Source: Naegleria gruberi (Eukaryota). From it: a stretch of 64,000 nt of DNA. The translations under genes and the position numbers were made by a program. The stretch lies in assembly GCA_000004985.1 (NCBI GenBank), contig GG738845.1. One strand, written 5' to 3'. Below, piece after piece: positions 21,385 through 32,467 of this stretch (positions are counted from its first letter, which is position 1; the number at the start of each line of letters is the position of its first letter). A model generated the notes under the pieces. It was not told the DNA's origin, made no database searches, and saw only the letters and a list, made by a program, of their open reading frames with translations.

Positions 21385-23474
21385 ATGAAACGGTTATCCA
21401 TTAAAAGGTTACAGCAACCTTTTAGTTTTTTAAAACAACAACAATCACTTCTCCGAGTGTCATCATTATCATCAATTCATCACAATAAGAGTAGGCAAAA
21501 TATTCTAGTACAACATAATAGTAGTAGTACTATTAATGACATATTTGCAAGAAAAAAGTCTACTGCTCATACTTCTTCGGCGCCATCATCGTCTGTTACA
21601 AGTAAAAGTGCAAATTCTTCCTCTAATGCCAATAATCAGGAGTCTACAACAGATGTAAAGAAGATTTTAACACATTTGAGTTCCTTGTTGTGGCCAAGGG
21701 ATTCATCTCTGAAAACTCGTGTTGTGGCAGCTATGGGACTCCTAATTGGTGCCAAAATTTTCAATGTTTCAGTACCATTTTTCTTCAAGAGAGCAGTAGA
21801 TTCATTTGGACCAGCCACTGAAACAATAATACAGGATCCGGCTGTTTTTATGACAATGGGTCCAATTTCAATGATTATTGGTTATGGTATTGCCAAGACA
21901 TTGTCTTCTCTTTTTACTGAATTGAGAGGAGCTGTGTTTGCCAAAGTAACTCAAGCATCCATCAGATTAATTTCTCTGGGAGTTTTTAGTAAATTATTGA
22001 ATATGGATTTGAACTTTCACCTTCAAAGAAAAACAGGAGCACTCACATCAACTATGGATAGAGGAAAAAGAGGAATTAACTTTTTAATGACTAGTTTATT
22101 GTTTAATATTGTTCCAACAATGCTAGAATTATCAATTGTAACAGCTATATTTTACATTAATTACGGACCTAGTTTTGCTCTTACAGCTCTTGGATCTGTC
22201 ACTTTATATGCAGCATGGACTATAACTGTAACTCAATGGAGAACCAAGATTAGAAAACAAATGAACAAGGCAGAAAATGAAGCTAGTGGAAAGGTAGTTG
22301 ACTCACTTATTAACTATGAAACTGTCAAGTATTTCCAAAATGAAAAATATGAATCTGAGAAATATGACGAACACTTGAAAAAGTATGAACAGACCTCTTT
22401 GAGTATTGCCTCTAGTTTGAGTGCACTCAATTTTGGACAAACTTTTATCTTTTCCTGTGCTCTTACTTATATCATGTATATTACTGCCAATAAGATCACT
22501 ACAGGAGAGTTAACTGTTGGTGACTTGGTTATGGTCAATACATTACTCTTCCAATTGTCTATTCCACTCAACTTTTTAGGTACCATGTATAGAGAAACTT
22601 CTCAAGCCATAACAGATATTGAGAATTTATTTACCTTATTGGATTCAAAGAATGATACGCAAGATAGCTCAGACAAGGAATTGATTATTGGAGGTCCAAC
22701 TGATACTGAAATTGAATTTAGAAATGTTTCATTCTATTATGATCCTAATAGAAAAATTCTAGATAATGTATCATTCAAAGTTAAAGCAGGTACAACAATG
22801 GGTATTTGTGGACCTAGTGGAAGTGGAAAGTCTACCATTTTGAAGCTCATTTATAGATTTTATGATCCAACTGAGGGACAAATTTTCATCAATGGGCAAG
22901 ATATTAAAACAGTATCTTTGGAGAGTTTGAGAAAACATATCGGTGTCATTCCACAAGATTGTGTATTATTCAATGATACACTCAGACACAATATTGAATA
23001 TGGTAGACTTGGATGTTCAGAGGAAGATATAAAAATGGCTGCTAGTAAGGCAAAACTTAGTGAAATTATTGAACGTCTTCCAAAGGGATTAGAAACTCCA
23101 GTTGGTGAAAGAGGACTCAAATTATCAGGTGGAGAAAAACAAAGAACAGGTATGTAATTAAGTTTCAATTTAACTCAGCATTCTCTAAAGCTATTGCACG
23201 AGCAATTCTCAAGTCTCCAAAGATTTTGTGTTGTGACGAATCAACCTCTAGTCTTGATTCAAATACGGAGAAGGAAATTATGAAATCAATTGAGGAGTTG
23301 TTTGGTAAGACCACTTCCATAATGATTGCTCACAGATTGTCAACAATTCAAAGAGCTGATCAAATTATTGTTTTGAACAATACTGGTAGTATAGCCGAGT
23401 GTGGTTCTCATGAAGAGTTAATTTCCAAACATGAAGGAATATATGTAGAGATGTGGAAGAGACAAGTTCATTAA
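21385..23474 (+). CDS. Mitochondrial ABC transporter, ATM1/ABCB7-like half transporter. Two exons, 21385..23149 and 23191..23474.
   Basis: N-terminal presequence-like MKRLSIKRLQQPFSFLK... A six-helix transmembrane domain, then Walker A GPSGSGKST, signature LSGGEKQR, and after a short intron TAIARAILKSPKILCCDESTSSLD (Walker B/D-loop). The ORF-track start at 21367 is a TTG, and the first in-frame ATG is at 21385. Confidence 0.75.
23150..23190 (+). other. Spliceosomal intron (ATM1-like gene), 41 nt
   Basis: aaagaacag|GTATGTAATTAAGTTTCAATTTAACTCAGCATTCTCTAAAG|ctattgcacgagc. It splits the ABC signature LSGGEKQRT|AIARAIL. An alternative 29-nt version would insert 4 aa into the signature and was rejected. 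Confidence 0.6.
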
Positions 23475-23475
23475 T

Positions 23476-25335
23476 TTATAAATTATTTTCAGTATCTGTT
23501 TTAACCTTCTTTGCTTCATTTGTATTGTCATCATCGTCCTCTGCTGATGGTGATTTTCTCTTTTTCGAATTCTCTTCTGGTTCTTCAGAATTTTCATAAT
23601 TGTTACTACCTTCAGATGAGGAGGGTTCTGGAGGAGAAACTTCCAAACTTATTGTTTCCAAAAAGTGTTGTGATTTCTTTGTGTGGTCTTTCTTCAAGTC
23701 TTCCAGAGCTAGGGAAAGATATTTCAAATCAAATTCTGAAAGTAATCTACACGATTTCCACACAAATACTACGCTACTGTTAACCATTTTTTCAGAATAC
23801 GAGTGATGAATTTCTTCCTTTACACAAGGAACAATATAATCTTTGAAATTATACGATCTGAGAATATTATCCGAGCTCCTTAAAAACTTATCAATAGATG
23901 CTTGAGAAATGTCACATGTTAAAAATTTAGCCATTTCAGTATTCTTGAAGGATTGATCAACCTTAGTTGATGGAGGGAAAACGGATTCATGATCTTTGAA
24001 GTATGGTGTACATCCATTGGATTTCCAGTTGGACCAGTGTCGTTCTCTGTCGAGAATAGTTTCTAGTAAGGTGACTGATTCTGGATCGTATTTTCTTACG
24101 ACATTCAGAGTTTTGTCCTTCAAGGTTTTGAGTTCACTCAAATAGAAGGATGGCTCTGAATTTTTCTCCAACAACCTGTAGATTGTTACCAATAATTGAA
24201 TTAGTACTTGTCTCCTAAATCTAACATCATCTAATTGTAAATCGAATAGTGTTCTATTCTTTAAGAGTTTGATAGGAGAAAATAAATCTTGAACTAGTGC
24301 TGACTCGTGGTTGGTTGATTGATTATTCTTCTTCAATTGTTTCATGGTTTGAATGTTTGTTGTGAATCTAGTGTCCAAGCATTTCAATATTCTATCAACT
24401 TCACGCGAAAATAAACTCCAACTTGGACATTCATCATTTCCTCTTGGATAACTATTATAGAATGATGCAAGTGTAGATTGAAGTTCCAATATTTGAATTA
24501 TATGCACTTGAAGTCCCCAATAAATTTCAAAATCATCCTGTGTATTGCTTGAATCCTCATTGTTATCATTTAAAATTTGTTGTTCCAACAATGAGTGATG
24601 CTCCTTGTTAAAGTGACCACCCTTATTGATACAGGCATCATGATTATATGGAAGTACGGAAGCAACAAACAATAAAATTCTACCACAAGTGACAGAATCC
24701 TCAATTTTTGATACCTTTTTCGATGCAAATACGCCTCTCACTGTTTTGAGTAATTCTAGAGCTCGAATTTTATAATCGGAACAGCATAATCTCAAAACTT
24801 CAATAAAATCATTCCCCTTACTTCCATCCATACAATAATTGAAAATTTGTTCAATTTGTTTGGCATGATTGAAATGATTACAATATTCCGACAGAATTAA
24901 AATTGGTATGATGGACATGGCCTTCTTTTTCTCTTCATCATGTTGCTCACTTTTTAGTGAATGTAATGTAACTTTAGTAATTTCATCCAAGAAGGAAAAA
25001 TTAATTTCTGTCGTTAATCCTTTCGACAACCTAGCTTGTTCATACAATAAATAAATTTTCAAACTACTCCTAACTAGTGATTCCAAACTTTCAGCATTTT
25101 CATTAGATAATTGCTCCACAAATTCACGCGAATTTATTTCTCCCTCCGTAGTAGTTGTTGATGAAATGATATCCTTCAAATTCTTTTTGAAACTCTTCAT
25201 AAAATCGAGAGGAATTTTAAAAACATTCACCAATAAATTTTCCAACATGGTTTGTTGTTTCGGATCATGATCGAAAAAATCACACAACAAGAGATTGACC
25301 AAGTGATGTGATGATTTTGAAAGTATTATTTCCAT
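23476..25335 (-). CDS. Uncharacterised 619-aa nuclear protein, tentative THOC1/Hpr1-like
   Basis: ..TCGRILLFVASVLPYNHDACINKGGHFN.. resembles the THOC1 motif (CGRI.LFLA..FPL.E.SG.N..G.FN) as I recall it. Acidic C-terminus with a KKRK nuclear localisation signal. Start taken at the ATG at 25335 after an A8 run. Confidence 0.3.
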   Translation of the reverse strand: MEIILSKSSHHLVNLLLCDFFDHDPKQQTMLENLLVNVFKIPLDFMKSFKKNLKDIISSTTTTEGEINSREFVEQLSNENAESLESLVRSSLKIYLLYEQARLSKGLTTEINFSFLDEITKVTLHSLKSEQHDEEKKKAMSIIPILILSEYCNHFNHAKQIEQIFNYCMDGSKGNDFIEVLRLCCSDYKIRALELLKTVRGVFASKKVSKIEDSVTCGRILLFVASVLPYNHDACINKGGHFNKEHHSLLEQQILNDNNEDSSNTQDDFEIYWGLQVHIIQILELQSTLASFYNSYPRGNDECPSWSLFSREVDRILKCLDTRFTTNIQTMKQLKKNNQSTNHESALVQDLFSPIKLLKNRTLFDLQLDDVRFRRQVLIQLLVTIYRLLEKNSEPSFYLSELKTLKDKTLNVVRKYDPESVTLLETILDRERHWSNWKSNGCTPYFKDHESVFPPSTKVDQSFKNTEMAKFLTCDISQASIDKFLRSSDNILRSYNFKDYIVPCVKEEIHHSYSEKMVNSSVVFVWKSCRLLSEFDLKYLSLALEDLKKDHTKKSQHFLETISLEVSPPEPSSSEGSNNYENSEEPEENSKKRKSPSAEDDDDNTNEAKKVKTDTENNL

Positions 25336-25399
25336 TTTTTTTGTAAAAGAATAATTCAAACACATATTATATTTAATATTTAAAATTAGATATTAAAAA

Positions 25400-26929
25400 A
25401 TGCAACACTCGACCGAATACAAACAGAGACAAGAGGACTTTGTTTCCAATATAAGAGGAACTACACCCTTGGAAATATTTGGTTTATCATTCTCTGTTAT
25501 TTTGGTTCCATTATTGGAGCAATTTGTAAAAGTTTTTCTGATCCGAAGATTTAATTGGAAGAATAACAATACCATTCTGATAGGATTGGAAATTATTCTT
25601 AAAATTGTATTTTACTATGCCATTCAGACTGTATTTGTTTTGAATGAACCTGTTTTTTCAAAGACCTTTTCTATTAATTTGATTTGTGTGTGGCTGTTCA
25701 TGATTGTGACATGCTTGATATTCAAATACTTGGGAAAAGTGAATAATAAGAAGGAAGAGTATGATGTTGAGGAGAAACAAGTTCTACCTCAACAACAACA
25801 ACAGCAACAACACATAGAATTCTTATCAGAATATAGACATAGTATGCAATTGTCAACAATTATGGCCATTTTAATGGTGGATTTTACACTCTTTCCGAGA
25901 AGATTGTGTAAAGCAGAAACATTTGGATACACCTTAATGGATTTGGGAGTTGGAAGCTTTGTGTTTAGTGGAGCTATTGTTTCCAGTTCTGCTAGAAAAG
26001 TCTCTGGAACAAGTCAAAATTTATCAATTTCCAAAATAATGCACTCTCTCATTCCATTAGTTTGTTTGGCCTTCTTTAGATTTTTCACTGTCCAAACTGT
26101 AAACTATCAAACTCATGTGACAGAGTATGGAACTCATTGGAATTTTTTCACTACACTTGCTTGTTTATTGATTTTGTCAATTGTGGCAGATTTTGTAAAT
26201 ATAACATCAAATTGGAAGAGAAGTATAATATCTGGATTTTTATGTATATTCACTCAACAAATACTACTCTCATACTTTAACATGCAAGATGTAATTCTCT
26301 TTAAAGAGAGATCCAATTTTATATTGGCAAACAAGGAAGGTTTTGGTACAATACTGGGATATTTTTCAATACACTTGTTGGGTGTTGGCATAGGTCAATT
26401 TACCTTCTCAAATCATAAGCATTCAAAATTCTATCTGACAATAATGACCATATTTTCTGTATGTACCATACTATTAACCTTCCTTCCATTCTTCTATTTT
26501 GGAGGTAATCAATTTATTGAATCCCCAAATAATTCCCTTGACAGAACCTATCACTATCAAATTAGCTATTCATTCTTTCAAGAAACTAATTTACTCTTTT
26601 CAATTTTGATTCCATCTAGAAGGATGACAAACTTTGGATATGTTATTTATACCATATCTTTTAATATTACACTAGTGGCCCTATTTTATTTGGTGTCAGG
26701 TGTCACTAAGGAATTACCTACCAAAGGACAAAGTCACGTGAGAGATTCTATGAATTTCAATCCTCTTTTTTCATTTTTATTTGCGAATATTATGACAGGT
26801 TTACTCAATTTATCTATTCATACGATTGATGCATCCTATGTTACAGGTAGTTTAGTTATAATTAGTTATGGAATAATTGTTTGTCTAGCTGATATATACT
26901 TATTCTCAAAGAAAAGAAAGGTTTTCTAG
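25400..26929 (+). CDS. GPI-anchor inositol acyltransferase GWT1/PIG-W
   Basis: Polytopic membrane protein with ..TIMAILMVDFTLFPRRLCKAETFGYTLMDLGVGSFVFSGA.., matching the conserved Gwt1/PIG-W core (..VDF.IFPRR.AK.ET.G.SLMDLGVGSFVF). Confidence 0.7.
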   Translation: MQHSTEYKQRQEDFVSNIRGTTPLEIFGLSFSVILVPLLEQFVKVFLIRRFNWKNNNTILIGLEIILKIVFYYAIQTVFVLNEPVFSKTFSINLICVWLFMIVTCLIFKYLGKVNNKKEEYDVEEKQVLPQQQQQQQHIEFLSEYRHSMQLSTIMAILMVDFTLFPRRLCKAETFGYTLMDLGVGSFVFSGAIVSSSARKVSGTSQNLSISKIMHSLIPLVCLAFFRFFTVQTVNYQTHVTEYGTHWNFFTTLACLLILSIVADFVNITSNWKRSIISGFLCIFTQQILLSYFNMQDVILFKERSNFILANKEGFGTILGYFSIHLLGVGIGQFTFSNHKHSKFYLTIMTIFSVCTILLTFLPFFYFGGNQFIESPNNSLDRTYHYQISYSFFQETNLLFSILIPSRRMTNFGYVIYTISFNITLVALFYLVSGVTKELPTKGQSHVRDSMNFNPLFSFLFANIMTGLLNLSIHTIDASYVTGSLVIISYGIIVCLADIYLFSKKRKVF

Positions 26930-26937
26930 AGTGAATA

Positions 26938-27585
26938 TTACAGTACAGAAGAACCCTTTCTCTTTTTGTAATCATCATCCTTAACTACGTCAGACAATCT
27001 TGGAGAGGTTTGTAAAAGTGGGCAATCCGTCTCATAGGGCGTGAAATCATAAAATAAGGAGCATTCATAGTCACACTCTTCAGTGATTACATTTTCAAAA
27101 AGGTTCAACTTTTTCTTAGCATCTACAGATCTTGAAGAAAGTGGCAATTCAGGTTCGTCCTCTTGCTGTAAATTAATTTTTGGTCCAGAATTGTTTTTTC
27201 CTCCCACATAATGCCCTGATTGAGGGTTAAATCTAAATATCGATTTTAAAGTATTGTTCAAATCTCCTGGTTGATTTCCAACTTCATTTCCTGGAGCCAC
27301 ACTATCTTTCCAAAAAGAAACACCAGTTACACTTCCTCCATGTCTTTCCTTAATTTTTTGTTCAATAGTGTATAGATTTGTTGATTCCCGAACACGAATT
27401 TGAAATCCCATATTGTCCCAATTCATCAATCTTACTTTTACAAGAACCCACCTATCCTCAACTTCGGCAAAAACTTCTGGTGGGGGTGGTGTATAATTCT
27501 TTGACATTTCAATAAGTAATTGGTCAATCTTATTGTTTTGATTCCGTTTGGAGGCTCCTCCAGATGCTGCTCTCTTTTTAGGCAT
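26938..27585 (-). CDS. Uncharacterised 215-aa protein, transcribed divergently from HUS1
   Basis: ATG start. Basic N-terminus and proline-rich segment, then a conserved-looking block RWVLVKVRLMNWDNMGFQIRVRESTNLYTIEQKIKERHG. No family recognised. Confidence 0.35.
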   Translation of the reverse strand: MPKKRAASGGASKRNQNNKIDQLLIEMSKNYTPPPPEVFAEVEDRWVLVKVRLMNWDNMGFQIRVRESTNLYTIEQKIKERHGGSVTGVSFWKDSVAPGNEVGNQPGDLNNTLKSIFRFNPQSGHYVGGKNNSGPKINLQQEDEPELPLSSRSVDAKKKLNLFENVITEECDYECSLFYDFTPYETDCPLLQTSPRLSDVVKDDDYKKRKGSSVL

Positions 27586-27770
27586 TATTAATAATATTGC
27601 TGGAATGCTTTTATAAAGGATGTTGTACTCGTGGTTGAGGTTTGGTTATTTTTTTGTAGTATTTGGCGCCAAAATAAATGCCAATCAATGTGGATCACCT
27701 ACATTTTTTGTTCAAATTTCCAGTAATTAAAAGAATGAACACAAAAATAAATTCACAACAAGTAAAAAAA

Positions 27771-28640
27771 ATGCGTTTCAAAGCCAACCTCACCAATCAA
27801 AAATTATTATACTCTATTGTGCAATGTATGGAAAAAGTGGACAAGACAGGAATCATTCGTCTCAGCAAGGATAAAATAATACTGATCGCCAGACAAACTG
27901 ATGGTGAAAATACTCAAGTTCATGGTGTTGTGCCATCTGTAAATTTATTTTCAGAGATGAGGATACAATCCAAACTCCGAAATGAAATTGTGATTGAAGT
28001 ACAATTGAAAAATCTATCTGCAGCTTTAAAATCTGCCAATAATGCACTTGCGATTGTGGCAAAATTAACAAAAAAACAAGAAATTGGATATTTGAGCTTT
28101 GAAATTAAAACACAAGTAGCAAAAGGAAAGGAAACTTCAAATGTTGTGACAGTCGTTCAAGATGTTCCAATTAGAGTACTTTTACAGGAGGAAATTCAAG
28201 TCAAAGTTGTAGAACCAGACTTTTCATCACATTGTCAAAATCCGCTCATTATTAGTTTACCAAAACTAAAAGAGATGAAATCTGTTATTGATAAGATGAA
28301 ATCAACTCATAATGGTACAGTAGAAGTATCTGGATCACCTACAGGGCAACTAAGGTTATTAGTGACTAGTACATTAGTTTCAATCAGAACTATTTATAAG
28401 GGGCTTAATGTTAAAGCCTCTCCTCCTAACACAATCAATGAAGTTTACACTTCAGAGATTACAGTCAAGCTGAAATCACTCTCTAGACTTCTCCATGCCC
28501 ATAATGCCAATCCAACTGATGTGAATTGTATCTTTGCTGATGGTACAGCACTCATTGTTGATGTCTATCTTGAATCGAATGGTGAAGGGGATGAAGCCCC
28601 AAAAAGCTACCTGACTTACTATATTACTGCAGTTCAATAA
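27771..28640 (+). CDS. HUS1: Checkpoint clamp component HUS1
   Basis: MRFKANLTNQKLLYSIVQCMEKV... corresponds to human HUS1 [26 protein letters not shown]. C-terminal ..NCIFADGTALIVDVYLESNG....YLTYYITAVQ corresponds to ..[29 protein letters not shown]. Start at aaaaaaaATG at 27771, downstream of the ORF-track 27678. Confidence 0.7.
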   Translation: MRFKANLTNQKLLYSIVQCMEKVDKTGIIRLSKDKIILIARQTDGENTQVHGVVPSVNLFSEMRIQSKLRNEIVIEVQLKNLSAALKSANNALAIVAKLTKKQEIGYLSFEIKTQVAKGKETSNVVTVVQDVPIRVLLQEEIQVKVVEPDFSSHCQNPLIISLPKLKEMKSVIDKMKSTHNGTVEVSGSPTGQLRLLVTSTLVSIRTIYKGLNVKASPPNTINEVYTSEITVKLKSLSRLLHAHNANPTDVNCIFADGTALIVDVYLESNGEGDEAPKSYLTYYITAVQ

Positions 28641-28741
28641 GATTTAAAATCAACTAGGAAATTGTAAATAAATATAAATTATTATTTTTATTAAAAAAGG
28701 TAATAATTTTAAGTAATATTTAATTAATTTAATTTACAATA

Positions 28742-29308
28742 TTATTCCTTGTTTGTAAGGACCAATAATATTAAAACACCAACAACTACGTATTTAACAG
28801 ATGGATAATCATTCATAATAATTGTCACCATACCAACATATGGTAAAATAGACTTCACTCTTCCGACAATGTGTCCTCTATTCAACCACTGCAATCCTGG
28901 ATTATAAATTCCATATCTATCATCGTGTGGGTTGTGATCTCCCTTTGTCAAAATTTTTACATTTTCATCCTCCTTTCCTTCAAATAAATTAGTTTGATTG
29001 TGAGTATTGTGCAATCGGATCACTCTGTGTACTATTGGAATTTCCTTTCCCTCCAACTTGTAAACAACAATGTCTCCAATATGAACAGGATCCGAGCTCA
29101 ATGAAAGAAACAAAATATCCCCTCTATAAAAAGCAGGTTCCATACTACCAGTCAAAACAACAACAATCGGAGATTGACAATTTGTATAAATTGATAAGGA
29201 TTTCCAAATAATCAGTGCACTACACAGCACAAAAGCAAGAGAAACAATCTGACTCAAAAATTCTCTTGCATTAAATCCTTTAAATTGTTCGGAGAGTGAT
29301 GAAAACAT
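28742..29308 (-). CDS. SEC11: Signal peptidase complex catalytic subunit SEC11 (SPC18/21)
   Basis: ..SPIVVVLTGSMEPAFYRGDILFL.. matches the Sec11 active-site region (VVLSGSMEPAFQRGDILFL). Start at the ATG at 29308 after an A7 run. Confidence 0.75.
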   Translation of the reverse strand: MFSSLSEQFKGFNAREFLSQIVSLAFVLCSALIIWKSLSIYTNCQSPIVVVLTGSMEPAFYRGDILFLSLSSDPVHIGDIVVYKLEGKEIPIVHRVIRLHNTHNQTNLFEGKEDENVKILTKGDHNPHDDRYGIYNPGLQWLNRGHIVGRVKSILPYVGMVTIIMNDYPSVKYVVVGVLILLVLTNKE

Positions 29309-29466
29309 TTTTTTTATTTTTCTTTTAAAAAGTCTTACCAACTTTCATTATTCAATACACGTGTAATAGCAACAATTCTTTAATATTGTCATTCTATATT
29401 TTGATGTAGTCAGAATTTTGATTACTGGATGTTATAATGATAGACATGATATGGACTTTAAAAAAA

Positions 29467-31009
29467 ATGAAAAAACTAATTTCAACCACGAACAGTTGTC
29501 TCAAGTTTAGATCATCAACATTACTCATCGGAAGATCAAACTCTTGTTATAAAAGAGTTGATCAACAGGTGAATAACTTATCATTGAGAGGAGAAAAAAT
29601 AATGAGAACATTCTCTACTAGAGTTTCTTCTTTGATGGATAATAATCAACAAACGGATTTGGAAAAGGCAGTATTTGCAGAAAAACAAGAATTATTCAGA
29701 AAAGCTCTATTAGAATCAGTGATTAATAAGGGAAATAAGGATACCAAATTTTATTGGGCTTGCTTTTCTGCTTTGGCGTCATTTGGTACTTTAGGATTCG
29801 AAGTTCTTTTCAGAATGTTGGACATTCCATTCATTGGCTTTGGTTACGCTGCTCTATTAACTTGTTATCTTTTGTTTAATAGATCTGCATCAATGTTATC
29901 AAGTGGTTCCAATATTGCTGCATCAATGGTAAGTATTTTGTTGTGAGCTTTTATTCAAACTTATTGAAATAACTTTATAAGGGAGGAGTTGAAATTTTAC
30001 CAAACTCTACAATTCCAGAACACGCCAGAGTTTATAGAATGGTTGAAGAAATTACCAATTCAGTTAAATTAAAAACCATTCCAAAGGTTTATTGGATTGA
30101 CTGTGATGAAGCCAATGCATTTGCATCTGGATACTCTATCAAAAAGAGTTGTATCACGGTCACAAAAGGATTAGCCTCAATGCTAAATGATGATGAGTTG
30201 AAAAGTGTTATTGGTCATGAAATGGGACATGTACTAAATGGTGATATGAAAACTGGTACATTAATTGCAGGAATGATTTCATCCTTTGCAATAGCTGTGG
30301 ATTTAACCAGACATTTAAAGAGTAACCAAAGTAGCAATAGCTCCAAATCCAGTAGTAGTAACAATAAGGGAAAAGATAATTCCCAAGCCATTATTGGATT
30401 AATCATCTTACTATCATACGTCACACTCTTGGCTGGTAAATTGTTATCAGTGGCAGTAAGCAGACACAGAGAATATGCATCAGACGCTATTGCCGGTGCT
30501 TTAACTCATCCTTACTATATTAGAGATGCTCTTCGTAAGATATCTAATCAGCATAACAAACCAACGTTTAGCTCAATTTCAAAACTGCCAACATCAGACT
30601 CTACTAATCACTTGATGTTTTTCGAGAGAGAAAAACTGACCTCATTAACATCAACACATCCTTCCATGGAGGAGAGATTTGCTAATTTAGATAAATTAGC
30701 AAGCTTTGACGTTGAAGATTTTAGAAAATTAGCCAAGGTATGTTTAACCTTATTAAGATGTGCTATAATTTCATTTAGGTTTCAGTTATGAGAGATGAAC
30801 GTGCCAAGAATACTATTCTTGGTATAATGTTCTTGTACTGTTTATTTATTATTTTCTTAATCTACAATATTGGGGAGGATACAGTTTTAAAGTACTTGAA
30901 TGAAGGTTCTGAAGATATTTCAAAATTAATTTCACAAGGTCCAACATATTGTAAGGAGCTTTTGGAAAAAACCTGGAAAAGTATTTTAGTGTTACTTTCT
31001 AAACCTTAA
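29467..31009 (+). CDS. M48-family zinc metalloprotease (HtpX/Oma1-like), predicted mitochondrial, in three exons. Exon 1 is about 29467..29928, exon 2 about 30019..30737 and exon 3 30779..31009. The exon 1/2 junction is unresolved.
   Basis: Exon 1 has a presequence-like N-terminus (MKKLISTTNSCLKFRSSTLL..) and two transmembrane segments. Exon 2 has ..IPKVYWIDCDEANAFASGYSIKKSCITVTKGLASMLNDDELKSVIGHEMGHVLNGD.. (HExxH). Exon 3 adds a C-terminal transmembrane segment. Confidence 0.55.
29929..30018 (+). other. Probable spliceosomal intron 1 of the M48 protease gene, about 90 nt. Canonical GTAAGT...TTCCAG borders give a 1-nt frame conflict.
   Basis: gcatcaatg|GTAAGTATTTTG...CTACAATTCCAG|aacacgcc. 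Exon 1 ends in phase 0, but every candidate AG acceptor enters the HExxH frame in phase 1. The exact junction is unresolved (see findings). Confidence 0.4.
30738..30778 (+). other. Spliceosomal intron 2 of the M48 protease gene, 41 nt
   Basis: agccaag|GTATGTTTAACCTTATTAAGATGTGCTATAATTTCATTTAG|gtttcagttatgaga. Phase 0. It joins ORF 30039..30791 to ORF 30788..31009 in frame. Confidence 0.6.
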
Positions 31010-31048
31010 TATACTTCACTTGACAAAAAGTTCTTGTATTTTTAACGT

Positions 31049-32212
31049 TTATTCATCAATAAAATCGATAATACGTTGCATTGTTGCTCTGGCTTCAGGA
31101 ATATAATAGCTCAACAATGGATAAATGTGTGGCATCATTTCATCAACAATTACCTTGACAGATGGGTGCTCAATTTCATTCAAAACTTCCAAAAACTTGA
31201 CACTTTCAGCAGTAAACTCTTCGTCCTTACTGTAGACGGCCAATAATTTGGTTGAGTGAACTCTCTTGTTAGCATTTTTCCATGTATTCAATGGGGAAAG
31301 ATTAGTTTCAGTCTTATAAAGTTTTTCCATGACAGCCAACAATTCACGTGTACACAAGAGGTTATTCTTTTCATTCATTGTTGAAGCAGCCATTTGTCCG
31401 CTCAGGTCGTATACACCTGAAATAAGGATGGCAGATGAAGGCATATCCAATTGTTGATCTTCAGCTATACGAAGCAAAAGTGAAGAAGCAATACCAGCTC
31501 CAAATGAGTCACCCATAATAACTATATCCTTAGCATTGACATTCTTTTCATTTATGAGCCATTTGTAAGCTTCCAAAGCGTCATTAACTTGCTCGGAAAA
31601 ACTGGAAGCAAAATTCTTATTGTCTTTCTTTTCAACATCAGTGAGAGGCATCTTTCTATAATTTACAGAAAGAATGTTTAACAATGAACTATTCAAACGA
31701 TTTGACATGAATTCTACAATAGATCTGATTTGCAAACCATCATGAACTCCAGCAAATCCACCTCCACCATGAATCAACAACATTGTCTTGGCAGTCTTTG
31801 ATTTTCCAAAATCCAAATAAAAACTATCACGAAGTTTAACAAATTTTGAATTACGGAGTGATGACACTTCTTCCTTTTCCAATACATTATAAAGACTAAT
31901 AGGAGGAGCCATATTTAAATTCACATTTTGACGTAAAATAACAGGATCATTAACTTTTTTAGCATTGTTAAAACGGATCAAGTTGAAATAAGTTTGAGCT
32001 TCCACAGATAAATGTTTCCAATTTTGAGTGGTTACACCATACATTTGTGTTGTAGGATCACCTTCCTTCATACCAAAATATTTGTTGAAATAAACAAGTC
32101 CATTAAATACCGATCTAAAGGCAAAAACCTCTGTCGAATATTTGGAATTATAATTGATTGCCAAGCCTGCAACGAGCAATCCGAGGAGGATAACAAACAG
32201 AGAACGTTCCAT
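31049..32212 (-). CDS. Secreted or membrane alpha/beta-hydrolase fold-3 esterase/lipase (arylacetamide deacetylase / hormone-sensitive-lipase-like family)
   Basis: N-terminal signal peptide MERSLFVILLGLLVAGLA. Oxyanion-hole motif LLIHGGGGF. Nucleophile elbow GDSFGAG. Confidence 0.6.
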   Translation of the reverse strand: MERSLFVILLGLLVAGLAINYNSKYSTEVFAFRSVFNGLVYFNKYFGMKEGDPTTQMYGVTTQNWKHLSVEAQTYFNLIRFNNAKKVNDPVILRQNVNLNMAPPISLYNVLEKEEVSSLRNSKFVKLRDSFYLDFGKSKTAKTMLLIHGGGGFAGVHDGLQIRSIVEFMSNRLNSSLLNILSVNYRKMPLTDVEKKDNKNFASSFSEQVNDALEAYKWLINEKNVNAKDIVIMGDSFGAGIASSLLLRIAEDQQLDMPSSAILISGVYDLSGQMAASTMNEKNNLLCTRELLAVMEKLYKTETNLSPLNTWKNANKRVHSTKLLAVYSKDEEFTAESVKFLEVLNEIEHPSVKVIVDEMMPHIYPLLSYYIPEARATMQRIIDFIDE

Positions 32213-32467
32213 TTTTTTTAATTTTATTTTTTATTCAATATCGCACTAATATTCCTTATGGCGCCACAAACATTCCTCTCGGACAACTTGAGTTTAATGT
32301 GCTTCTTGATAAGACATCAAAACCGTTCTTAAAGAAGCTTCTTTCAATATAAACAACTTGTGCTTTTATTAACAAGTTTTTCATTCGATACTTGAAGAAC
32401 CTAAGCCAAAAGTTCTCATAAAGATTTTGATTGAAATGAAAATTATTAAATTATTTTTTTTAAAAAA

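Noticed and set aside
23150-23178. Alternative 29-nt intron (acceptor ..AACTCAG) in the ATM1-like gene
   Set aside because: It would insert AFSK into the ABC signature/Q-loop region (LSGGEKQRTAFSKAIARAIL) and is very short. The 41-nt version gives LSGGEKQRTAIARAIL, matching the ABC consensus.
26938-27585. Tempting calls of CFAP298/CFAP20 or a ubiquitin-like protein for the 215-aa gene
   Set aside because: Recalled reference sequences for those families do not match. Only a vague beta-grasp-like block is visible, so it is left as uncharacterised.
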